25,796 nucleotides of DNA from positions 1-25,796 of IMG/VR virus record IMGVR_UViG_3300025270_000068; one strand, given 5' to 3'. The translations under genes and the position numbers were made by a program. The notes beneath the pieces were generated by a model. It was given only the letters and a program-made list of their open reading frames with translations. It was not told the DNA's origin and did no database searches. How positions within the stretch are numbered: the stretch's first letter is position 1; the number at the start of each line of letters is the position of its first letter. The stretch is from a virus (lineage: Duplodnaviria > Caudoviricetes). Shown here in pieces: positions 17,568 through 25,473 of the stretch.

Positions 17568-18857
17568 TTACGACTCAGCAATATCTTCGATTTTCGCGCC
17601 AGCGGCTGGATTGTCACTGAGCAAGTCACCCTGCCAGTACCAAGCCACCTCAAACGTGGTGTTCGAGGTCTGCCGGAAGAACGGCGTGTTGTCAAAGATT
17701 TCCGATACCGGGCGCGGCACGGAGTTCTCACCGTGACCGATATAGAAATGCTTGGTGTCCATCCCGATGATGGTGTTGGCGGCAAAGTAGGGATCGACGT
17801 GCCACGGTTTCCCAGAGAAGCGATAGATGGTGCGTCCGTCGCCGCCATCCTTGCCCTTCTGCTGGGCTCCGCCCTCACGTCCCACCCCGACGCCCCCGTC
17901 AAACGCTTTCGGCGACCCCATGGCGAAGTAGGTGTCTTCGCGCAGGAGATCGTGATAGCGCCGGACGACCGCGAGATTGGAGAGATACGTATTAAGACTG
18001 GCTCCGCCCTTCTCGCGCACATTGTCCTCGAGTTGCATCATGAGGTCTTCCGTGAGCGCCCGGTTGGTGCCGCTGTTGTCCAGGACGACCGATTCCCAGA
18101 ACTCATTACCGGCGGTGCCACGGTCAATCCCCCCAAAGTCGCCCTTGGGTGACGGTGGATCCGCGTCGTCAATGATGCCGAGGAGGCCGTTCGTATGATA
18201 CGACGTGCTGGTAGCCACCGTATCCTGAATGACAAAGTAGTCTCCAGCCGCCGTGCTACTGGGGGCTGACCCGCTAATCGTCACGGTGCGGTTGACCGTA
18301 TCAATCGCGGTGATGGTGCGGGAGTCCGCGAGTTTGGTGTTATGGTCACTGGCGTCCATCAGATCCACCACCAGCCCCACATCCATACTCGGCAGGGCAT
18401 TGACGGTAATGGTCGTCTGATTGTCAGCCGCCGGTAACACGGCGAGTTTCCCCAGCCCGTCTGAGATGAGATCGGCATTTAGGAGTTTCAGGACCCGTCG
18501 CCTGAACCCCGCCTCCATCATCTTGAGTGCGGTCTGAAAGGCAAACTTGGAATTACGGGCATCTTGGAGTAGCTTCCAAGACATATTGTAGAGTCCCGCA
18601 AATTCCGTCAGGGAGAACTTCGCCTCCGTGGTATCGGGGTTGAGATTGGAGGGCAGTGAGCCGCCTTCCGCCAACCCTGTCCACGCGCCGGGGTTCTTCA
18701 CCATGATGGGCATGATGAACTGGCCTCGACCCGCCACCGGTTTCGCCATCTTCTGGAACATATTCCAGCAGACAACTTCCTGATTGACGAGATAGAGGAC
18801 CTGATCGACCCCGTAGGTATATTTCAGGGCTTCGATAACATCAGTGGTACTTGCCAT
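17568..18857 (-). CDS. Major capsid protein (HK97 fold), 429 aa
   Basis: Start reassigned to ATG 18857 (RBS AGGAGA); AEGGSLP, AFQTALKMMEAGF..DLISDGLGKLA, NGLLGII, FGGIDR..NEFW and NPAAGAKIEDI motifs; follows the scaffold gene. Confidence 0.9.
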   Translation of the reverse strand: MASTTDVIEALKYTYGVDQVLYLVNQEVVCWNMFQKMAKPVAGRGQFIMPIMVKNPGAWTGLAEGGSLPSNLNPDTTEAKFSLTEFAGLYNMSWKLLQDARNSKFAFQTALKMMEAGFRRRVLKLLNADLISDGLGKLAVLPAADNQTTITVNALPSMDVGLVVDLMDASDHNTKLADSRTITAIDTVNRTVTISGSAPSSTAAGDYFVIQDTVATSTSYHTNGLLGIIDDADPPSPKGDFGGIDRGTAGNEFWESVVLDNSGTNRALTEDLMMQLEDNVREKGGASLNTYLSNLAVVRRYHDLLREDTYFAMGSPKAFDGGVGVGREGGAQQKGKDGGDGRTIYRFSGKPWHVDPYFAANTIIGMDTKHFYIGHGENSVPRPVSEIFDNTPFFRQTSNTTFEVAWYWQGDLLSDNPAAGAKIEDIAES

Positions 18858-18901
18858 GATTCTCCTACCCGTGGCATCAGCCACGACTCAGGAGGGTGGC
18901 G
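18858..18901 (-). promoter_or_regulatory. Capsid-gene leader hairpin able to sequester the RBS
   Basis: CUCCU-gagu-CGUGGC-ugau-GCCACG-ggu-AGGAG; perfect 6-bp core at 18870-18885. Confidence 0.55.
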
Positions 18902-19714
18902 TTACTCAGTGAGTCCCGGATTCAACATGGGCCAGAGTTCGTTCGTTCGCTCCTCGGGGGATTTATACCCGCCCGTCTTGCCGCTGGTCAGCGAGGATTC
19001 ACCGCCCCGTGAGGGAAATGGTGATTCTTTCGCTTTCGCCGCCGCCTGACGGTCCATGTCCCGAAAGGCTTTCCGTAAGCCGTCCACCCGTTTACCGAGC
19101 AAGTCGGGATACTCTGCATTCAAATTATCCCCTTCATGCGACAGGTAGACATCTCGCTGGAATTCACGGATTGCCTCGTCATCGGGAAGGCCATGCTTGG
19201 TGCGAAGTTCTTGAAATCTGGATTCGAGGTCCTTTTCAGCCTGCGCCCCTTGCTGGGACCCGACCTGCTCTTTCATCGCCTTATGCTGATTCCAGAGCTG
19301 CGCGAGTGCCTGCTGGCTTTGCTGATACTGCTGTTGCATGGGCGTGATGCCTTCATTCACCAACCGCTCAACCAACTGTGCTGCCGTATTGCCGTCCAGA
19401 TAGGGCATCGACCGTAACTGATCGACCATCGACTGCTGTTGTTGCTGCCCCGCCTGCTGCTGGGCCTGCTGGGACTGCTGTTGGTAGGCGTGACCTTGCT
19501 GTTGCAACTGTTGAGCATACTGCTGCAACTGCTGGGCCTGCTGTTGGCGTTGGCTGTCCCATGCTTTCCGCTCTTCAGCCAGAGCTTGGGTTTTCTTTGT
19601 ATATTCGGCCTGAACCTCTGGGGACCATGATCCTCCAGCGCTCTCTGCGCCATCTCCTGCTGGTTCACTTGAGGCTCCCTCGCTAACGGGAGCGCCGTCC
19701 AGTTCCTCTGCCAT
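18902..19714 (-). CDS. Scaffolding protein, 270 aa
   Basis: Acidic disordered N-terminus, QAEYTKKTQALAEERK motif, Q-rich coiled coil and a short C-terminal helix; directly upstream of the capsid gene. Confidence 0.85.
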   Translation of the reverse strand: MAEELDGAPVSEGASSEPAGDGAESAGGSWSPEVQAEYTKKTQALAEERKAWDSQRQQQAQQLQQYAQQLQQQGHAYQQQSQQAQQQAGQQQQQSMVDQLRSMPYLDGNTAAQLVERLVNEGITPMQQQYQQSQQALAQLWNQHKAMKEQVGSQQGAQAEKDLESRFQELRTKHGLPDDEAIREFQRDVYLSHEGDNLNAEYPDLLGKRVDGLRKAFRDMDRQAAAKAKESPFPSRGGESSLTSGKTGGYKSPEERTNELWPMLNPGLTE

Positions 19715-19817
19715 CTGTCACCTCGTCGAGTGATTGAAGAGTCGCCCCGAGCGTGTTCGCCTGCCGACGAGTGCCCGGTCGGTGTTCGACAATCGTGTTC
19801 GCCTTCACGTAGGCAGT
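19715..19817 (-). promoter_or_regulatory. Structured ~100-nt 5' leader of the scaffold gene with repeated motifs
   Basis: AGGCGAACACG twice (19794-19804, 19752-19762) and CGAACAC a third time (19782-19788); several short stems. Confidence 0.5.
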
Positions 19818-19823
19818 GGGCTA

Positions 19824-19852
19824 AGTGTAGCGAGACATCACACGGATGTCTA
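19824..19852 (-). promoter_or_regulatory. Sigma70-type promoter with overlapping palindromic operator
   Basis: TAGACA (19852-19847), 17-bp spacer, TACACT (19829-19824); inverted repeat AGACATC-N5-GATGTCT at 19833-19851; lies in the largest intergenic gap of the operon. Confidence 0.65.
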
Positions 19853-19864
19853 GGCAGCGTTCGG

Positions 19865-20047
19865 TCATTTCTTCTTCAGGACCCGTCGCCCCTCACTCAA
19901 CGCAATCGCCTGCGCCTGTTTGGGGTTGGTCACTGACTGCCCACTGGAGGACTTGAGGTCGCCGTCCTTATATTCCTGCATCACCACCGACACTTTCCGG
20001 CGCGAGACAGGTCCCTTCTGGCGTGTAGCGGCTGATCGTCGTTTCAT
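19865..20047 (-). CDS. DUF6496-like small basic protein, 60 aa
   Basis: Start reassigned to ATG 20047 (TAATG). KVSVVMQEYKDGDLKSSSGQSVTNPKQAQAIALSEGRR matches the recalled DUF6496 pattern. Confidence 0.8.
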   Translation of the reverse strand: MKRRSAATRQKGPVSRRKVSVVMQEYKDGDLKSSSGQSVTNPKQAQAIALSEGRRVLKKK

Positions 20048-20518
20048 TACTGGGGTCCTCTTCGACGTATGGAGAAATAGCGTCCGCCTGGTCCTGGCAC
20101 CACCTCCCTCGGACCACCCTGCTCGGGAGAAAGGTTTTCCTCCCCCTCCACCCCAAGACCCCACGTAGGATGCCGCCGTCCTTTCAGCATGACAGACACA
20201 TCATCGCCAAATTGCTCCCTGACTTGAGACGCTAGGCCCTCCCCGAGTCTGTCCTCCCCGAGAAGATCAATGTCCTGCGTGACACTGCCTCCATGTGGAA
20301 GATAGCGTTGCGCTTCTGGATGCCAGACCCATGCCTCGAACGCGTTCCCCACGCGTATTTCATCCGGTTGCTGTGTAAAGGGAGGAGTTCGCTGCCATCG
20401 GCTCGGCACAGACGCTTTGGGGAGTGGATTACGTCGGCGCAGCAAACGGGCAGTGGCTTCATCATAAGTATTGCCTTCAGGGTCGAATGAGCGTCGTTGC
20501 GGCATTACTGGGGTCCTC
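20045..20518. repeat. 16-bp exact direct repeat flanking the 152-aa gene
   Basis: cattactggggtcctc at 20045-20060 and 20503-20518. Confidence 0.95.
20047..20505 (-). CDS. Hypothetical accessory protein, 152 aa
   Basis: TAATG-coupled at both ends; DPEGNTYD...MLKGRRHPTW...GRYFS. Confidence 0.8.
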   Translation of the reverse strand: MPQRRSFDPEGNTYDEATARLLRRRNPLPKASVPSRWQRTPPFTQQPDEIRVGNAFEAWVWHPEAQRYLPHGGSVTQDIDLLGEDRLGEGLASQVREQFGDDVSVMLKGRRHPTWGLGVEGEENLSPEQGGPREVVPGPGGRYFSIRRRGPQ

Positions 20519-22715
20519 GCGGTCCCTGCTGTTGCTGCATAAAGGCTTGCAGGAGTTCCTGTGGCGCTTGCGGAGCGACCTCCTGGGCGGCTTGTACCTG
20601 ATTCAACGCCATGTCCACCGCTTCAGCGGCGGCTTTCGCGGCGGCTTGCTGCGTGGCCTGCGCGACCGCGCCCTGGACCTGGGACTGCTGCATCCCTTGC
20701 GACCGGCGTTCAGACGCCTGCATCAGGATCTGGCGACACCGGTTCCAGAAGGTCACAAACCCCTGCTGGAGTTCCGGGGAGGCCGAGAGAAACTCCGTGG
20801 TCGCCATCTGGGATTCCAACTCGTCCATAATGACGCGCAGGTTCCAGAACGGCATCGGCAGATGCTCGGGAATCGCCTCACCCTGCCAGAGACGCTCGAC
20901 CAGCGCCATGCCCAGTTTCCGATAGGTGGTTTCGCTGCTTTCGCGCCCCAGATCGCCCATCTCAAGGTCTGCCGCAATCTTTTCCTTGTCAATCCGGCCC
21001 GTGCGCTCGTCCATATACAGCACACTGAGCGGGGACTGGAGATGCTCCCGAATCCGGGCTTCCCGGAGGGCACGGAACTCAGGAATCAGGCTCCCGCGTT
21101 CCACGGTGACGGAGTAATCCGTCCCGGCCTGGAGAATCTCGGAGGTCTGGAAGACAAACACCTCATCGCGCATGGACCGGTCGGTATAGTGCATGGTGCG
21201 GAAGGGCGGGTAGTATTCCTTGACCCGATTGATCCGCATATCCTTGACGGCGGACATCTGTTTGCCGATATGGAGATAGAGGTTGCCCCACTGGGTGTCA
21301 ATCATCTCCTGCAACATGGGCACCGCCATGGGACCGCGCAACTGGCCGGGGAACTTCTGTTCCTGAAACAGATCCACCCCGCCAGCAATCTCTCGCATCA
21401 GTTTGACGGTCAGATCGATGGAGGGCATGTACCAGCTCGGCAACTGCGGGGGGTCCCGGCGCTGAATCATCTTCACGCCCTGCTCGTTGAGCCCATTTTC
21501 AATCGGCGCGGGGTAATCCGCGGGGATATCCTCGCGTTTAATGCCCTGACCGAGGAGTTCATTGGCATAGAGGGACGCATTGGACTGTTCGCCCAGTTGG
21601 GACAGCCGTTTATTGAGAAACCGCTGGGGTGGAATGAGGTCTGACACGTAATCACTGTTCCAGAAGCTCACGGTGGTGGGAGCCCAGTGGAAATCGACCA
21701 GGGGGATGTCCTCGTAGGGGTTGTCCTCATCCAGCAGGACTTCTTCCCCCGGCACAAAGACGGAATAGCGCCCTCGTGGGTGTTCATCCGAGACGGGCTG
21801 GTAGCGTTCGACCACCACGGCGAGGTCCGGGTCGTTCTTGTCCCGACTGCCCTGGACGCGGGGAATCAAATCTTGGAGATGCACCGATCCGGTCGGAGCC
21901 CCCAGGGAGTTCAGGTCGGTGGTGAGAATCCGCACCTCTGAGGCGTCCTTGAGGTTTTGCAGGGTTGTCTCACTCACGTCGTAGTTGGCCTTGATCCAGC
22001 CGGTCGTCCGAATCTTGGCGATATAGACCGCCTGATCGGGCGACAGATCCGATACCGACCGTACGGAGGCATCAATAAAGACCTGCAAGGGACTCAGGAC
22101 TTCACTGCCCACGTCTCCGGCCAGCACCATATCCTCGACGACCACAAACTGCTCTTTGGGTGCGCCTTGCTGGAGGCGGAGTTGCCGGTCGGACTCAGGA
22201 ATCGTCTCACCCGAGACGGTATCGGTCCATTGCAATTCATTGGTCAATTCATCGAACCGGGGCAGCGGTTCCATGGTGGCATCCTGCACCCACGGCACGT
22301 ATTCAAACGCCACGCCGCCAATCGCCATCCACCAGAGCAGTTCCCAGGTCCGGGAGGGCTGGTCGAGCTTCTCATCGAGGGCTTTAATGAGTTTATTGAC
22401 CACCTCGGTCTTGGCGAGGGACTCCGGGTCCTGTTTATCGGCACGGGCTTTGAACACGGGCGCGATACTGGTCAGGCGTCCCAGCATTTTATAGAGCAGT
22501 TGCCCGAGCAGATTGAAGACCAGATGGAGCTTATTGGGGTCCCGTTTTCGGGTAAAGAGCGCCCGTTTCTCGGACCCGACCCAGTGTTCCCCCGAGACAA
22601 ACGCGAGGTTGGTCAGAATCCGCAGTTCCACGGAGCCGACCTCCCGCGCCTTCTGCTGGCGCAGGCGATTATAGTCCGTGGTATAGGTGACGAGAGCTTC
22701 AGCCTTGGATGGCAT
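20505..22715 (-). CDS. Portal protein (P22-like, long helical C-terminus), 736 aa
   Basis: NLAFVSGEHW, LVFNLLG, VLSPLQVFID, SDYVSDLIPPQRFLNKRLSQ and MREIAGG motifs; Q/A-rich tail; follows the terminase. Confidence 0.9.
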   Translation of the reverse strand: MPSKAEALVTYTTDYNRLRQQKAREVGSVELRILTNLAFVSGEHWVGSEKRALFTRKRDPNKLHLVFNLLGQLLYKMLGRLTSIAPVFKARADKQDPESLAKTEVVNKLIKALDEKLDQPSRTWELLWWMAIGGVAFEYVPWVQDATMEPLPRFDELTNELQWTDTVSGETIPESDRQLRLQQGAPKEQFVVVEDMVLAGDVGSEVLSPLQVFIDASVRSVSDLSPDQAVYIAKIRTTGWIKANYDVSETTLQNLKDASEVRILTTDLNSLGAPTGSVHLQDLIPRVQGSRDKNDPDLAVVVERYQPVSDEHPRGRYSVFVPGEEVLLDEDNPYEDIPLVDFHWAPTTVSFWNSDYVSDLIPPQRFLNKRLSQLGEQSNASLYANELLGQGIKREDIPADYPAPIENGLNEQGVKMIQRRDPPQLPSWYMPSIDLTVKLMREIAGGVDLFQEQKFPGQLRGPMAVPMLQEMIDTQWGNLYLHIGKQMSAVKDMRINRVKEYYPPFRTMHYTDRSMRDEVFVFQTSEILQAGTDYSVTVERGSLIPEFRALREARIREHLQSPLSVLYMDERTGRIDKEKIAADLEMGDLGRESSETTYRKLGMALVERLWQGEAIPEHLPMPFWNLRVIMDELESQMATTEFLSASPELQQGFVTFWNRCRQILMQASERRSQGMQQSQVQGAVAQATQQAAAKAAAEAVDMALNQVQAAQEVAPQAPQELLQAFMQQQQGPRGPQ

Positions 22716-22724
22716 GGGAGCCTC

Positions 22725-23123
22725 CTACGCGCCAGGGATCCGTGGCGGGACGCGTCCGCGCTGTTGCGGGAAGGGACGACGCCCCACACTTGAGGTCCCC
22801 GGTGTGGCGGGAGATCCCTGAAAGTCGGGGGATCCCTGTGGGGTGGGGGTCCGACGTTGCGTGGGGTGCCGCGAGGCGGCGGCACGAATCCAGTCAAAAA
22901 ACTCTTTCATGTCCGTCTGTGACTGCGCTTCCTGCGGGGCGGCTGCGGGTCCCAGGGGGGCATGGGTGCGATCGGGAGGGGACGCGACCTGGGGACGGCG
23001 TCTCGGTGTCCGCTCCAGATCGGGCCGATGCGAGGGGTCACCGGCCCCGCGCCGTCGCGCCACGGCGGCGTCGGCTTTCCCTTGTTTGGTGTAGGGGAAA
23101 CGCTGTCCATCGACTTCTGGCAT
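22725..23123 (-). CDS. Hypothetical Pro/Arg-rich protein, 132 aa
   Basis: TAATG coupling; N-terminal MPEVDGQRFPYTKQGKADA resembles a recurrent small-phage-protein start motif. Confidence 0.75.
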   Translation of the reverse strand: MPEVDGQRFPYTKQGKADAAVARRRGAGDPSHRPDLERTPRRRPQVASPPDRTHAPLGPAAAPQEAQSQTDMKEFFDWIRAAASRHPTQRRTPTPQGSPDFQGSPATPGTSSVGRRPFPQQRGRVPPRIPGA

Positions 23124-23320
23124 TAGTTCGCTCCTAGGTGGGCGTCCATGTCGCCCCCCACACGCGGATCAGGGGGGGCCTCGCGCAAGGCGCGAAGTTC
23201 ATGGTGCAGGGTTTGCACCTGAAGTTCAAGGCGTGCCATCCGGGCCGGGTCCACTGGGTGCCGGGTCCCCGGTATGGGGCAGAGCCACTGTCGCAGGCGG
23301 TGGCGTAGCTGTGTCAGCAT
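23123..23320 (-). CDS. Hypothetical protein, 65 aa, short coiled coil
   Basis: RBS AGGAGG; its stop overlaps the next start (TAATG). Confidence 0.65.
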   Translation of the reverse strand: MLTQLRHRLRQWLCPIPGTRHPVDPARMARLELQVQTLHHELRALREAPPDPRVGGDMDAHLGAN

Positions 23321-23456
23321 GGGTTTGTGCCTCCTGAAACACCGCCCCGAGCGGTTGCGTCACCCGTGTGCCATCGGGGTGCGTCTTGGTTAAGGCGATG
23401 ACGTGAAAGATAAAAGCGACTTTGGCTTCCAGGGCGGCGAGACGATCCTCGGACAT
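23226..23456 (-). CDS. Hypothetical protein, 76 aa
   Basis: TAATG-coupled to terL; overlaps the next gene by 95 bp. Confidence 0.6.
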   Translation of the reverse strand: MSEDRLAALEAKVAFIFHVIALTKTHPDGTRVTQPLGAVFQEAQTHADTATPPPATVALPHTGDPAPSGPGPDGTP

Positions 23457-25021
23457 TACTGCGCTCCTAAATGGCTGTCATGCGGCTGTCGGGTCTTCCG
23501 GCGCAGGGGTTCCCCCATCGGCTGAATATTAAACAGCGCCGGAAGACTGGGTGCGGGGTCGGCCACCCGTCCCCGTGGATGCCGGGAGAGAATATGCTCC
23601 ACGCAGTCGAGCGCGTGGTCGGAGGCTTTGATCCGTTCGTATTTCCCGGCGCTACTGGTTTTGTCGGGCCACTGGGCGTGTTCCAGTTCATAGGGGAGAA
23701 TCTGGAGCCACGGGGCCAGCCAGATTTGCTCATGCTGGAAGTATTGTCGGGCCGCTTCGGTGCGGACTTCCCGTCCACGGTGGTTCGCCATCAGATGCAG
23801 GCCGTGATGGGCGCATTCCGCTTTGAACTGGGAATTGGCATCCACCCAGGCGACCGGACGGGTCCGCCAGCGATGGGCCATGGCGCGGACCTGCGTGACC
23901 CAGCGGACGATGGAACTGTCGGGGTCGAGTTCCGGGGTGTGGGCGACATAGCGATAATTGGTCACTTCATCCAGCACAAAGGCGTGCCCTGACGGGGAGA
24001 CGGCCATCACAACCGCCGCGCAATACGTCCCGGTGTCTGCGCCCAGGACGGTCGTCCATTCCGGGTCAGCGCGGAGGGAGGCACGCGTCACCGGGGACGC
24101 GGGACACACCTGCGGATGCTGCTCGGGGGTGATCAGCCGATCTCCCCGCTGATAGTTATACACGCGCCCCACAAAATCGCCAAGTTTCCCGAGATAGGCG
24201 ATGGAGAACTTCTCCCGCGTCAGCAGGGTGCGGTCCCGGTCCATGGCGGTCTGGTCGAAGCTATAGGGATTCACCGTGGCGGGAATGGCGCATTTACAGA
24301 CCCAGTCCGTGAAGTCGGGATGATCGTGGCCGTGCTCGTGAAAGACGCCGACCCAGGGACGGTCAGGGGTGGTGGGGAACACCGCATAGCCTTTCCGCAC
24401 CCGGAGATTCTGGGAGACGGAGGTAAAACACTCAATCCCCGGCAATTGATACGCTTCACAGTAGATATAGGCGTCCACCTCTTTGCCCTTGAGGGATTCG
24501 GCCCGTTCCCAGCTGCGGGCCTCGAAGCGGGCCCCGTTTTCCAGTTCCAGCCAGAGCCGTCCGTCCTTGGGCCGATTCTGGAGGGACGTGGGGGTTTGAT
24601 TGAGTCCCCGTTCCGAGCAGAGGGCTTCGAGCAGATATTCAAACTCGGGGGCGCACATATCGTATTCATTGCCGACCAGATAGACGCGGGCGTGGGGCAC
24701 CGCCCCAAATGCTGCCGCCCAGAGGCCCGCCCCGGCGGACTTCCCGGATTTATACGCGCCGAGTTCGGCGACCACCTTGGCCCGTCCGTGTGTGCGGGGG
24801 GTTTGGGCGAGCCAGACACAGGTGCCATCGGGCTGGCGGGCATACACGGCGTGGGGGGTCCCCTCGGGCACCACCTCGTCGGTCAGGTCGTAGCCATCGG
24901 TCGTGGCCCACCACGCGGCCTGATGGACAAACGGGACAAAGTCCATCTGCCGGCACAGGAACGTGCGGAACTCGCTCATGAGCCGGTCGCGCAACGGGAC
25001 GGGGACCGCCGTAACCGGCAT
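23456..25021 (-). CDS. terL: Terminase large subunit, 521 aa
   Basis: Walker A GAYKSGKS, Walker B region LKGKEVDAYIYCEA, coupling motif PTTP, and RNase H-like nuclease motifs GADTG and DHALD. Confidence 0.92.
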   Translation of the reverse strand: MPVTAVPVPLRDRLMSEFRTFLCRQMDFVPFVHQAAWWATTDGYDLTDEVVPEGTPHAVYARQPDGTCVWLAQTPRTHGRAKVVAELGAYKSGKSAGAGLWAAAFGAVPHARVYLVGNEYDMCAPEFEYLLEALCSERGLNQTPTSLQNRPKDGRLWLELENGARFEARSWERAESLKGKEVDAYIYCEAYQLPGIECFTSVSQNLRVRKGYAVFPTTPDRPWVGVFHEHGHDHPDFTDWVCKCAIPATVNPYSFDQTAMDRDRTLLTREKFSIAYLGKLGDFVGRVYNYQRGDRLITPEQHPQVCPASPVTRASLRADPEWTTVLGADTGTYCAAVVMAVSPSGHAFVLDEVTNYRYVAHTPELDPDSSIVRWVTQVRAMAHRWRTRPVAWVDANSQFKAECAHHGLHLMANHRGREVRTEAARQYFQHEQIWLAPWLQILPYELEHAQWPDKTSSAGKYERIKASDHALDCVEHILSRHPRGRVADPAPSLPALFNIQPMGEPLRRKTRQPHDSHLGAQ

Positions 25022-25473
25022 TACTGGGTCGTCGCCCCCTCGGCGTCATACCGACTCAACAGGTCATGATAAAATCTCGCTAAGGGGCTTTCCCGCCCTG
25101 CCATCCCGGCCACTTTCGCCTCCATCGCCTGCCGACACGTATCCGCCTTCGTCTTGGCCGGTCCCTCGACCTCCGCGTAATTGGTCGTCCACAGGACGTA
25201 GGCCAACTCGTTGTAATGCTTCGTCAACGCGAGGTCCCATCGGGCTTCGTCGGTGAGCTGGTGCCACGGTTCGCCCCCCGTCAACTGCTGAATCGCCCGC
25301 ACCACCTCCGTCTGACGCGGCCACAGCTCCTCGCACGCCAGCAAGACCGCCTCGTCCACCGTGGTCGCCCAGAAATACGGCACCACGTCCGCCACCGGCG
25401 CGCCCGATAGCAGCATCACCGCGAACTCGCGAGCCTCCCCGTCCGCCAAACGCCGCACGCCCACGTCGGCCAT
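25021..25473 (-). CDS. Putative terminase small subunit, 150 aa
   Basis: Helical, suitable size, TAATG-coupled to terL; RBS AGGAGG favours ATG 25473. Function inferred from position only. Confidence 0.5.
   Translation of the reverse strand: MADVGVRRLADGEAREFAVMLLSGAPVADVVPYFWATTVDEAVLLACEELWPRQTEVVRAIQQLTGGEPWHQLTDEARWDLALTKHYNELAYVLWTTNYAEVEGPAKTKADTCRQAMEAKVAGMAGRESPLARFYHDLLSRYDAEGATTQ

Noticed and set aside
17094-18857. Readthrough fusion of capsid to decoration protein (same reading frame)
   Set aside because: Two stops (TAA, then TAG) intervene, and the downstream gene has its own RBS and ATG at 17495.
17560-18910. CTGAGTCGT and ACTGAGTA motifs at both ends of the capsid gene
   Set aside because: They are only 8-9 bp, lie partly in coding ends and occur in swapped order; chance cannot be excluded without homologues.
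20424-25069. Long plus-strand ORFs (20424..21644, 21957..22793, 24116..25069) and similar ones elsewhere
   Set aside because: They are antisense shadows of portal and terL, expected in GC-rich DNA, with no recognisable motifs.
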